Shown here: one piece after another, positions 1 to 12,473 of the stretch
Position numbering within the stretch: position 1 is the first letter of the stretch
How the letters are laid out: each line of letters starts with the position of its first letter
NCBI GenBank assembly: GCA_013239625.1
Contig: MU054001.1
Span: 7,460,174 to 7,509,248, forward strand
Length of the DNA stretch: 49,075 bases
Source of the DNA: Lama guanicoe
Taxonomy: Eukaryota
Direction of reading: 5' to 3'
Made by a program: the position numbers and the translations under genes
Notes under the pieces: generated by a model
What the model was told of the DNA's origin: nothing
What the model saw: only the letters and a program-made list of their open reading frames with translations
Databases searched by the model: none

Positions 1-3000
1 AAGAACGCCTCTCTACATGATCAGTTCTGAGAGATGAATGTGTGTGAACCCCAACTATCACTTAGCTTGTACAGAACACACAGTTTCTTTTGAGTGGGGA
101 AGAACACAATATACATATTTATGGGGAGGTACTAGCTCAAACTCGGTTTTACAATGAAAACTGCATGAACCTCAAACTGGCACTATGAAACATACTGAGA
201 AACCAGAGTAATTGTTTCTACTGCAACCCATTGCCTTTATGCTACATGAAAGAACTTCTCGGCACATGCTCAATTCTGAGAGTACAGTGTGTGTGAAAAC
301 CGCAATTCACCTAGCTGGTATTGAAAACAAAGTATCTTTTCATTGGGAAACTATACTATGTACATATGTATGGGGTGGTACCAGCTGCAAATCAGTTTCA
401 CAGTGAAAACTGCATGAAATTCAAACCGCCACTTGGAAACATACTGAGAAATCAGACTAAGGGTATATAGTTCTACCTATTCTATGTATGCTAGATGAAA
501 GAACGCCTCATGCATGATCAGATCTGAGACTTGAATGAGTTTGAAGGGGAACTATCACATAGCTTGTAGGGATTACACAGATTCTTTTGATTGGGAAACT
601 ACACTGTTGTAATATATATGGGCAGGAACTAGCTCCAACGCTGTTTTACAGGGAAAACTGTATGAACTTCAAGCCAGCACTACGAAACATACTTAAAAAC
701 TAGTGTAAGTAAATCAACTGTAACACATTCCCTTTATGCTAGAAGAACGAACGTCTTTTCACATGCTCAATTCATGAATTAAGTGTGTGTGAAAGATGTG
801 AATCACCTAGCTGGTTGTGAACATACAGTTTCTTTTCAGTGGAAACTACACTACATACATATATATGGGGAGCTACTATCTGCACCTCGGGTTTACAGTG
901 AAAATGGCATGAACTTCAAACCGGCACTAGGAAACATACTGAGAAATCAGAGTAAGTGTTTCAAGTGCTACCTATTCTCTATAGCGTAGATGAAAGAAAG
1001 CCTCTCCACATGCTAGGATCTGAGATTTGAATGTGAGTGAAAGTCAACAATCACTTAGCTTTTAGGGAACACACCATTTCTTTTGATTGGGGAACTACAG
1101 TACATACATATATATAGGAAGGTACTAGCTCCAACTGGGTTTTACAGTGAAAACTACATGAACTTCAACTCAGCTTTTGGAAACACACTTAGAAACCAGA
1201 GTAAGTGTTTTGACTGGAATCCATTCCCTTTATGCTAGGTGTACTAACGTCTCATCACATGCTCAATTCTAATACTTAAGTGTGTGTGAAAGCCATCAAT
1301 CAACTTGCTTGTTGGGAACACAGAGATTGATTTGAGTGGGGAATTACACAACATACAAATATATGGGGAGGTACAAGCTGCAACTCAGTTTTAAAATGAA
1401 AACTGCATGAACATCAAACTGGCACTAGGAAAACTACTGAGAATCTGAGTATTTCTTCCTAGTGCTACCTATTCTCTTTAAGCTTGATATACGAACGTCT
1501 CTCCTCATGCTTTGTTCTGACAGTTGAATGTGTTTGAAAGCCAGCTATCACTTAGCTCATAGGGAACACACAGATTCTTTTGATTGGGGAAATATACTAC
1601 ATACATCTGTATTGGGCAGTAATAGCTGCAACTTGGTTTTAGAGTGAAAACTGCATGAAATTAAAACCGGCACTAGGAAACATACTGAGAATTCAGACTA
1701 AGGGTTTATAGTGCTACCTATTCTATGTATGCTAGATGAAAGAACGCCTCATGCGTGATCAGTTCTGAGACTTGAATGTGTGCGAAAGGCAACTATCACA
1801 TAGCTTTTAGGGATCACACAGATTCTTTTGATTGGGAAACTACACTGTAGAAATATATATGGGGAGTTACTAGCTCCAACTAGGTTTTACAGTGAAAACT
1901 GCATGAACTTCAAACTGGCACTAGGAAACTGAGAAATCAGAGTAAGTGTTTCAAGTGCTACCTATTCTCTTTAGGGTTGATGAAAGAAATCCTCTCCACA
2001 TGCTAGGATCTGAGAGTTGAATGTGAGCGAAAGTCAACAATCACCTAGCTTTTAGGGAACACACCATTTCTTTTGATTGGAGAACTACAGTACATACATA
2101 TATATGGGAAGGTACTAGCTCCAACTGGGTTTTACAGTGAAAACTGCATGAACTTCAACTCGGCTCTTGGAAACATACTTAGAAACCAGGGTAAGTGTTT
2201 TGACTGGAATCCATTCCCTTTATGCTAGATGTACTAACATCTCACCACATGCTCAATTCTAATACTGAAGTGTGTGTGAAAGCTGTCAGTCACCTTGCTT
2301 GTTGGGAACATAGAGATTGTTTTGAGTGAGAAATTACACTACATACAAATATATGGGGAGGTACTAGCTCCAACTCGGGTTTACTGTGAAAAATTCATGA
2401 TCCAAAAATCCACACTAGGAAACATACTGAGAAAACACAATAAGTGTTTCTACTTCAACTCATTCCCTTTATGTTAGATGAGTGATTGTCTCTCCATGTT
2501 CTCAATTCTTAGGGTTAAATGTGTGTGAAAACCATCAATCACCTAGCTTGTTGTGAATACATAGATTCTTTTGATTGTGTAAAAACACTACACACATTTA
2601 TATGGAGAGGTGCTAGCTTCAACTCGAATTTACAGTGAAAACCGCATGAAATTCAAACCAGCTCTAGAAAACATACTGAAAAACTGAAGTAAGTGATTCT
2701 ACAGCAACCCATTCCCTTTATGCTAAATGAACGAACGTTTAACAACATGCTCAATTCAGAGCATTAAGTGTGGGTGAAAGCCGTCAATCATCTAGCTGGT
2801 TTTGAACACACAGTTTTGTTTCAGTGGGAAACTAAGCAACATACATATATATGGGGAGGTACTAATTCCAACTCTTTTTTGCACTGAAAATTTCATTAAC
2901 TTCAAACAGCCACTAGGAAATATATTGAGGAACCGGAGTAAGTGTATCTACTATAACCCATTCCCTTTGTTCTAGATGAATGAACATCTCTCCACATGCT

Positions 3001-3574
3001 CAATTCAGAGTTAAGTGTGTGTGAAAGCTGTCAATCACCTAGGTTGTGGTGAACACAGTTTCTTTTCAGTGGGAAACTACCCTACATAAATTATCTGTGG
3101 AGGTACTAGCTCTAAATCGAGTTTACAGTGAAAAATGCATGAACTTCAAACCAGCACTAGGAAACATATGAGTTAACACAGTAAGTGTTTCAACTGCAAC
3201 CCATTCCCTTTATGCTAGATGAATGGAAGTCTCTGCACATGCTCAAATCTGAGAATTAAGTGAGTTTTAAAGCCATCAATCACCTATCTTGTAGGGAACA
3301 CACAGTTTCTTTTGAGTGGGAAAGTACACTACATACATATATATGAGGCAGTACTAGTTCCAACTCTGTTTTACACTGAAAATAGCATGAACTTCTTACC
3401 AGCACTAGGAAACATACTGAGAAACCAGAGTAATGTTTCTACTACAAACCATTTCCTTTATGCTAGATGAACGAACATCTCTCCACATGCCCAAATGTGA
3501 GAGTTAAGTGTGAGTGAATGCTGTCAATCTCCTAGCTTGTTGTGAACACAAAGTTATTTTTCAGTTGGAAACTA

Positions 3575-3606
<32 letters not shown>

Positions 3607-6600
3607 GGGGATGTATCAGCTCCAAATCAGTTTTATAGTGAAAATTCCATGAACTTCAAACAGCACTAGGAAACATACTGAGAAATCACAGTAAGTGTTT
3701 CTAATGCAACACATTCCCTTTATGTTACATGAATGAACGTCTCTCCACCTGCTGAATTCTGAGAGTTAAGTGTGTATGAAAGCTGACAATCAAATAGCTT
3801 TGGGAACACACAGATTCTTTTGAGTGGGGAAAAACACTACATAAATATATATGTGAAGATACTAGCTCCAACTCGGTTTTAAAGTGAAAACTGCATGAAC
3901 TTCAAACCAGCACTAGGAAACATGATGAGAGACCAGAGTAAGTTTTTCTAGTGAAAACTTTTCTCTATGCTACATGAAAGAATGTCTCTCCACGAGCTCA
4001 ACTCTGAGAGTTAAGTGTGTTTGAAAGCCATCAATCACCTAGCTTTTTGGGAACACTCAGCTTCTTTTTAGTGGGAAACAACACTACACACATATATATT
4101 GGGAGGTGCTAGCTCCAACTCAGGTTTACATTATTATCTGCATGAACTACAAACCGGCACATGGAAACATACTGATACATCAGAGTAAGTGTATCTAGTG
4201 CTACCTAATCTCTATGCTAAATGAACAAACATCTCTCTATGTGCTCAACTCTGAGAGTTAAGTGTGTGTGAAAAACTTCAATCACCTAGCTTGATGTGAA
4301 CACACATTTTCTTTTGAGTGGGAAAATACACTACATACATATAGATGGGGAGGTACAAGCTCCAACTCTGTTTTAAAGTAAAAACTGCATGAACTTCAAA
4401 CCCTCACTGGGAAATATACTAAGAAACCAGAGAAAGTGTTTCTACTGCAACCCATTACTGTTATGCAAGATGAACGAATATTTCTCCATATGCTCAATTC
4501 TGAGAGTTAATTGTGAGTGAAAGCCATTAATCACCTAGCTTTTTGGGAACACACAGTTACTTTTCAGTTGGAAAATACACTACATGCACATATATGGGGA
4601 GGTAGTAGCTCTAACTCGGTTTTACAGTGAAAACAGAGAGAACTTTAAACCGTCACTAGGAAACATACTAAGAAACCAGAGTAAGTGTTTCTATTGTAAA
4701 CCATTCCCTTTATGCCTGATGAACGAAAGTCTCTCCACATGCTCAATTATGAGAGTTAATTGTTTGTGAAAGCCGTCAACCACCTAGCTTGTTGGGAAGA
4801 CAGTTTTTTTTGTATTGGAAATTACACTACATATATGTATATATGGGAGGTACTAGTTCCAACACGGTTTTACTGTGAAAACTGCGTGAACTTCAAACCG
4901 GCACTAGGAATCATACTGAGAAATCAGATTAAGTGTTTCTACTGCAAAGCAATCCCTTTATGCTGGATGAATGAACGTCTCTCTACATTCTCAATTTTGA
5001 GTGTTAAATGTATGTGAAAGCAGTCAGTCATCTAGCTTCTTGGGAAAACAGTTTCTTTTGAGTGAGAAACTACACTACATTCATATATAACGGGAGGAAC
5101 TGGCTCCAATTTTATTTTACAGTGAAAATGCATGAACTTCAAACTGTCATGAGGAAACATACTGAGAATTCAGAATAAGTTTTCTACTGCAACCCATTCC
5201 CTTTATGCTAGATGAACGAACGTCTTTCCAAATGCTCAGTTCTGATCGTTAAGTGTGTGTGACTGACGTCATCACCTAGCTTGTTGGGGACACACAGATT
5301 CTTTTGAGTTGGAATCTACACTACATACATATATATGGGGAGGTACTAGCTCCAACTAGGTTTTTCAGAGAAAACGTCATGAAGTTCAAACCGGCACTAG
5401 GAAACACACTGAGAAATGAGAGTAAGTGTTTCTAGTGCTACCTATACTGTATGATATATGAACCAAAGTCTCTCCATGTGCTCAACTCTGAGAGTTAAGT
5501 CATGGTGAAATCCGTCAATCACCTAGCTTGATGCGAAAACAGTTTTTTTCAGTCTGAATCTGCAATAGTTGCGTATATCTGGGGAGGAACTAGTTCCAAC
5601 TCGGTTTCACAGTGAAAACTGCATGAACTTCAAACCAGCAATATGAAACATACTGAGACCCAGAGTAAGTGTTTCTACTGCAAACCATTACCTTTATGCT
5701 AGATGAATGAATGTCTCTCCAAATGCTCTAATCTGAGTGTTAAGTGTGGGTGAAAGCCGTCATACACATTTCTTGTTGGGAACACACATTTACTTTCCAG
5801 TTGGAGACTTCACTTATTACATATACATAAAGACATACTATCACTAAATCAGTTTTCCAGTAAAAACTACATGAACTTAAACCCAGTTGCAGGAAACATA
5901 CTGAGAAACTAAAGTATTTCTAGTGAAACCCACTCCCTTAATGCTAGATGAATGAACATCTCTACACATGCCCAATTCTGAGTGTTGTCTGTGTGAAAGT
6001 CATCAATCACCATGATTGATGGGAACACACTGTTTCTTTTGAGTGGGAATCTACACTTGACACATATATCTTGGGAGGAACTAGGTTAAACTCGGTTTTA
6101 CTTTGAAAACTGCATGAATTTCAAACCAGCACTAGAAAACATACTGAGAAAGTAGGGTAAGGGTTTCTACTGCAACCCATTCCCTTTATGCTAGATAAAC
6201 GAACGCCTCTCCACATGCTTAAATCTGACAGTTATTTGTGTGTGAAAGCCATCAATCACCTAGCTTGTTGGGAACACAGTTTCTTTTCAGTGGTATACTA
6301 CACTACATATATATATATATGGGGAGGTACAAGCTCCAACTAAGTTTTACAGTGAAAACTGCATGAACTTCAAACCGGCACAAGGAAACATACTGAGAAA
6401 TCAGGGTAAGTGTTTCCAATGCTACCTCTTCTCTATGCTACATGAACTAACTGTCTCCACGTGCTCAATTTTGAGAGTTAAGTGTGTGTGAAAGCCAACA
6501 GTCACCTAGCTTGTTGGGAACAGACAGTTCCTTTTCAGTGGGTAACTATACTACATACATATATATAGGGTGGTACTATCTCCAAGTCATTTTTATATTG

Positions 6601-8259
6601 AAAACTGCATGAACTTCAAACTAGCACTAGGAGACATACTGAGAAACCAGAGTAAGTGTTTCTAATGCAACCAATTAACTTTATACTAGATGTATGAAGT
6701 TTTCTCCCCCTGCTCAAATGTGAGAATTATTTGTGTGTGAGAGCCATCAATCAGATAGCATTTTGGGAACACAGAGTTTCTTTTGAGTGGTAAACTGGTT
6801 TATATATATATAGGGAGGTACTACTACATCTCAGTTTTACATTGAAAACTGTATGAACTTCAAACTGGCAGAAGGTGTCATACTGAAAAATCAGAGTAAG
6901 TATTCCTAGTACTACCACTTCTCTATGCTACGTGAATGAATGTCTCCCCACGTGCTCAAATCTGAGAGTTAAGTGTGTGTGAAAGCCATCAATCACTTAG
7001 GATTTTGGGAATACACAATTTCTTTGAGTGGGAAACTATACTACATACATATATATGGGGAGGTACTAGCTCCCACACGGTTTTACTGTGAAAACTGCAT
7101 GAACTTCATACCGGCACTAGGAAACATACTGAGAAACCAGAGTAAGTGTTTCTACTGCAACCCGTTCCTTTTAAGCTACATGAATGAACGTCTCTCCACA
7201 TGCTGAATTCTGAGAGTTAAGTGTGTGTGAAAGCCGTCAATCACCTGGGTAGTTTGGAACACACAGGTACTTTTCAAGGGGAAAGCTACAATACATGCGT
7301 ATATACTGGGAGATACAAGCTCCAACCCGGTTTTACAGTGAAAACTGCATGAAATTCAAACTGGCACTAAGAAACATACTGAGAAATCAGAGTAAGTGTT
7401 TCTAGTGCTACCTATTCTCTATGCTACATGAACGAATGTCTCCCCACATGCTCAAATCTGAGAGTTAAGTGTATGTGAAATCCATTTATCACCAAGCTTG
7501 TTGGGAACACACAGTTTCTTTGGGGGGTACTATACTACATACATATGTATGGGGAGATACTAGCTCGAACACGGTTTTAAAAATGAAAACTGCATGAAAT
7601 TCTAACAGGCACAAGGAAACATACTGAAAAACCAGAGTAAATGTTACTACTGCAAACCATTCCCTTTATGCTAGATGAACGAACTTCTCTTAACATGCTC
7701 AATTCTGAGTTTTAATTGTGAGTTAAAGCCATCAATTACTTAGCTTGATGGGAACACACAGTTTCTTTTCAGTCGGTATCTACACTAGATAAATATATCT
7801 CAGAGGAAATAGCTCCAACACGGTTTTATAGTAAAAACTGCATGAACTTCAAACCGGCACCAGAAATCTTATTGAGAAACCAGAGTCAGTGTTTCTACTA
7901 CAACCCATTCCTTTAATGCTAGATGAACAAACGCCTCTCCACATGCTCAATTCTGAGATTTAAGTGTGTGTGAAAGCTGTCAATCACCTAGCTTGTTGGG
8001 GACACACAGTTTGTATCAGTGGGAAACTATTATATCTATACATGGAGTTACTAGCTCCAACTCGGTTTTACAGGGAAAAAGGCAGGAACTTCATATCAGC
8101 ACTAGAAAACATATTGAGAGAACAGAGTAAGTGATTCTACTGTAACCCATTCCCTTTATGCTAGATAAATGAACTCCTTTCAATGTGCTTAACTCTGACA
8201 GTTATGTGTGTGTGAAAGACATTAATCAACTTGCTGGTCGGGAACACACAGTTTCTTTT
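1..8259 (+). repeat. ~248-bp tandem satellite, block 1 (~33 monomers, subtype I)
   Basis: The CTGCATG-equivalent landmark falls at 161, 410, 658, 905, 1154, 1403, 1651, 1899 and 2144 (spacing 245-249). Subtype I diagnostics are AAACATACTGAG, CTACTGCAAC, CTTTATGC, CTCAATTCTGAGAGTTAAG and GTCAATCACC. Strand is arbitrary and defined as the orientation read here. Confidence 0.97.
3581..3606. repeat. (AT)13 microsatellite expansion inside a satellite monomer
   Basis: 26 bp of perfect AT at the position where other monomers read ACATACATATATATGGGG. Confidence 0.95.
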
Positions 8260-8274
8260 TTTTTTTTAACATTT

Positions 8275-8280
8275 TTTATT
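8275..8280 (-). promoter_or_regulatory. L1 polyadenylation signal AATAAA (copy A)
   Basis: TTTATT on + strand, 7 bp from the T-run. Equivalent hexamers occur at 31035-31040 and 35640-35645 in the other two copies. Confidence 0.8.
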
Positions 8281-8556
8281 CATTTATAATAATTTTACAA
8301 TTTTGTGTCAGATTCCAGTGTTCATCACAATTTTTCAGTCATTCATGGACATATACACACTCATTGTCACATTTTTTCTCTGTGAGTTATAATAATAATT
8401 TGTGTATATTATCCTGTGCTATACAGTATAATCTTATTTATCTATTCTACATTTTGGAATCCCAGTCTGTCCCTTCCCACACCCCGCCCCTTGGCAACCA
8501 CAAGTTTGTATTCTATGTGTATGAGTCCGTTTCTTTTTTGTATTTATTTATTTTTT

Positions 8557-11500
8557 AAGATTCCACATATGAGCGATCTCATATGATATTTTTCTTTCTC
8601 TTTCGGCTTACGTCACTTAGAATGACATTCTCCAGGAACATCCATGTTGCTGGAAATGGCTTTATGCTGTCGGTTTTTAAGGCTGAATAATATTCCATTG
8701 TAAAAATACACCACATATTCTTTATCCAGTCATCTGTTGATGGATATTTAGGCTGTTTCCATGTTTTGGCTATTGTAAATAGGGCTGCCATGAACATTGG
8801 GGTGCAGGTGTCATCCTGAAGTAGTGTTCTTTCTGGATATATGCCCAGGAGCAGGATTCCTGGGTCATATGTTAAGTCTATTCCTAGTCTTTTGAGGAAT
8901 CTCCACAGTTTTCCACAGTGGCTGCACCAAACTGCATTCCCACCAGCAATGTAGGAGGGCTCCCCTTTCTCCACAGCCTCTCCAGCATTTGTCATTTGTG
9001 GATTTTTGAATGACGGCCATTCTGACTGGTGTGAGGTGATACCTCATTGAAGTTTTGATTTGCATTTCTCAATTTCTCTGAAGTGATATTGAGCATTTTT
9101 TCATGTGATTTTTCATCATTTGTATGTCTTCCTTGGAGAACTGCTTGTTTAGGTCTTCTGCCCATTTTTAGATTGGGTTGTTTATTTTCTTCTTATTGAG
9201 TCATATGAGCTGCTTATATATTCAAGAGATCAAGCTTTTGTCTGTTTTACTTGCAAAAATTTTCTCCCATTCCGGTTTTATTCTTGTTTTACTTCTGGTA
9301 TCCTTTGTTGCGCAGAAGCTTGTAAGTTTCATTAGGTCCTATTTGTTTATTCTTGTTTTTATTTCTTCTAGGAGAAAATTTTTGAAATGTATGTCAGATA
9401 ATGTTTTGCCTATGTTTTCCTCTAGGAGGTTTATTGTATCTTGTCTTATGTTTAAGTCTTTGATCCATTTTGAGTTGATTTTTGTATATGGTGTAAGGGA
9501 GTGTTCTAGCTTCATTGTTTTACATGCTGCTGTCCAGTTTTCCCAACACCATTTGCTGAAGAGACTGTCTTTATTCCATTGTATATTCTTGCCTCCTTTG
9601 TCGAAGATGAGTTGATCGAAATTTTGTGGGTTAATTTCTGGGCTCTCTATTCTGTTCCATTGATCTATATGTCTGTTTTGGTACCAATACCATGCTGTCT
9701 TGATGACTGAAGTTCTATAGTATTGTGTAAAGTCTGGGAGAGTTATTCCTCCAGCCTCTTTCTTTCTCTTCAGTAATGCTTTGGCAATTCTAGGTCTTTG
9801 ATGGTTCCATATAAATTTTATTATGATTTGTTCTGGTTCTGTGAAATATGTCCTGGGTAATTTGATAAGCATTGCATTAAATCTGTACATTTCCTTGGGT
9901 AGTGTGACCATTTTAAAAATATTGATTCTTCCAATCCAAAAGCATGGGGTATCTTTCCATTTTTTAAAGTCTTCTTTAATTTCCTTCATCAATGGTTTAT
10001 AGTTTTCTGTGTATAATTCTTTCGCCTCCTTGGTTAGATTTATTCCCAGATATTTTATTACTTTGGGTGCTATTTTAAAGGGGATAGTTTCTTTACTTTC
10101 TTTTTCTGTTGATATATCATTAGTGTAAAGAAATGCAACTGACTTTTGAACATTAATTTTGTAACCTGCTACCTTGTTGAATTCATCAATCAGCTTTAGT
10201 AACTTTTGTGTGGACCTTTTAGTGTTTTCTATATATAGTAACATGTCATCATCATAAAATGGAACTTTTACCTCTTCTTTTCCAATTCGGATCTATTTTA
10301 ATTCTTTCTCTTGCCTGATTGCTGTGTCTAGGACTTCCAGGACTATGTTGAATAGGAGTGGTGATAGTGGGTATCCTTGTCTTGTCCCAGATTTTAGTGG
10401 GAAGCTTTGAGTTTTTCACCGTTGAATACTATGTTGGCTGTAGGTTTGTCATATATAGTTTTACTATGTTGAGATATGTTCCCTCTATACCCACTTTGGT
10501 GAGAGTTTTTATCATGAATGTGTGTTGAATTTTATCAATTCCCTTTCCTTTATCGATTGAGATGATCATGTGGTTTTTGTCCTTTCTCTTGTTGATGTGA
10601 GGTATTACATTGATTGATTTGTGTATGTTGAACCAGTCTTGTGTCCCTGGGATGAACCACAGTTGTTCATGATATATAATCTTTTTTATGTGTTGTTGTG
10701 TTCTATTTGCTAAAATTTTGGTGAGAATGTTGGCGTCTATGTTCATTAGTGATATTGGCCTATAATTCTCTTTTTTTGTAGTGTCTTTGCCTGGTTTTGT
10801 TATCAGGGTGATGGTGGCTTCATAGAATGTGTTTGGGAGTGTTCCCTCCTTTTCAATCGTCTGAAAAGTTTAAGAAGGACTGGTATGAGTTCTTCTTTGT
10901 ATGTTTGGTAGAATTCCCTGGTGAAGCCATCCGGTCCTGGACTTTTATTTGTAGGGATGCTTTTAATTGCTATTTCTATTTCCTTTCTAGTGATCGGATT
11001 GTTCAAGTGTTCAGATTCTTCTTGATTCAGTCTTGGTGGACAGTATGTTTCCAGAAACTTGTCCATCTCCTCTAGGTTATCCAGTTTGGTTTCATATAGT
11101 TTTTCATAATATCCTCATATGATATTCTGTATTTCTATTTTGTTTTTGTAAATTTTCCATTTTCCTGTCTTATTTTGCTAATTTGTGCTCTCTATTTTTT
11201 CTTCTTTGTGAGTTTGGCCAGAGGATTGTCAATTTTATTTACTTTTTCAAAAAACCATCTTTTGGTTTGGTTGATTTTTTCTATAGCCTTGTTAGTCTCT
11301 ATTGTGTTTAATTCCTATCTGATCTTTATTATTTCCTTCCTTCTGCTGCTTTTTGGGGATTTTTGTTCTTCTTTTTCTAATTCATTCATGTGGTGGGTTA
11401 AATCGTTCATTTGAGATTGTTCTTCTTTTTTGAGGAAGGCCTGTGTCGCTATAAACTTCCCTCTTAGCACTGCCTTTGCTGTGTCCCATAGGTTTTGAGT

Positions 11501-12343
11501 GGTTGTGCTTTCATTATCATTTGTCTCAAGGTATTTTTTAATTTCACCTTTGATTTCCTCATTGACCCATTGTTTTTTCAATAACATATTGTTTAATCTC
11601 ATGCTTTCCTTTTTTCTCCTTTGTTTCTCTGTTGTTGATTTCCAGTTTCATGGCATTGTGGTCAGTAAAGATGCTTGAGGTAATTTCTATCTTCTTAAAA
11701 TTGTTGAGGTTTCTTTTGTGCCCAAGTACATGATCGATCCTGGAAAATGTTCCATGTGCACTTGTAAAGAATGTATATCCTATTTTTGGTGGGTGTAATG
11801 CTCTGAAAATATCCACCAAACTTAGTTTTTCTATTGTATTATTTAATTTCTCTATTGTCTTGTTTATTTTCGGTCTGGAAGATCTGTCTAGTGATGTTAA
11901 TACAGTGTTAAAATCTCCAACTATGATTGTATTCCCATCAATATCCCCCTTTATCTCTGTTAGTAATTCTTGTATGTACTTAGGTGCTCCTCTATTGGGT
12001 GCATGTATATTAACGAGTGTAATATCCTCATCTTTTATCACTGCTTTAATCATTATAAAATGTCCTTCTTTATCTTTCTTTATGGCCTTTGTTTTAAAGT
12101 CTATTTTGTCTGAAATCAGTACTGCAACACCTGCTTTTTTGGCTTTTCCATTTGCATGGAATATCTTTTCCATCCTTTCACTCTCAATCTGTATGTGTCC
12201 TTCTCCCTAAAGTGGGTCTCTTTTATGCAGCATATTGAAGGTTCTTGCTTTATTATCCAGTCTGCCACTCTATGTCTTTTGACTGGAGCATTTAGTCTAT
12301 TAACATTTACTGTAATTAATGATAGATGTGTGTTTATTGCCAT
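8557..12343 (-). pseudogene. Disrupted L1 ORF2p (APE endonuclease, reverse transcriptase, CCHC domain)
   Basis: Starts MAINTHLSLITVNVNRLNAPVKRHRVADWI (ATG at 12343). Contains [27 protein letters not shown] and [18 protein letters not shown]. It is split over several frames, and the RT catalytic motif reads YDDD instead of YADD. Confidence 0.93.
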
Positions 12344-12473
12344 TTTGAACTTATCTTTGCAGTTGAGTTGGTATATCATCTTTGTTCCTTTCTTCTTTCT
12401 TTTGTAGTTTGGTAATTTTCCTTTGTATTATCATGGATTTTTTAAAATTTTTGTGTCTCCCTTGTAAGTTTTT

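Larger units (their letters stand above)
8256..12473 (-). mobile_element. LINE-1, 5'-truncated (inter-ORF spacer, whole ORF2 span, 3' UTR, poly(A)); copy A
   Basis: T12 run at 8256-8267 is the poly(A) tail, TTTATT lies at 8275-8280, and - strand ORF fragments cover the L1 ORF2p endonuclease, RT and C-terminal regions. Satellite resumes at GAAACATACTG (12474). No ORF1 or 5' UTR is recognisable. Confidence 0.96.

Noticed and set aside
930..960. CATACTGAGAAACC…AAGTGT resembles a C2H2 zinc-finger linker (HTGEKPY.C), and 248/3 is near 84
   Set aside because: There is no C-x2-C…H-x3-H pattern, no 84-bp periodicity, and the linker-like motif occurs once per monomer and out of frame.
9178..12407. 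+ strand hydrophobic ORFs inside L1 (e.g. 9178-9615, 11860-12210; also 36560-37009)
   Set aside because: These are antisense shadows of the A-rich ORF2 and have no independent support.
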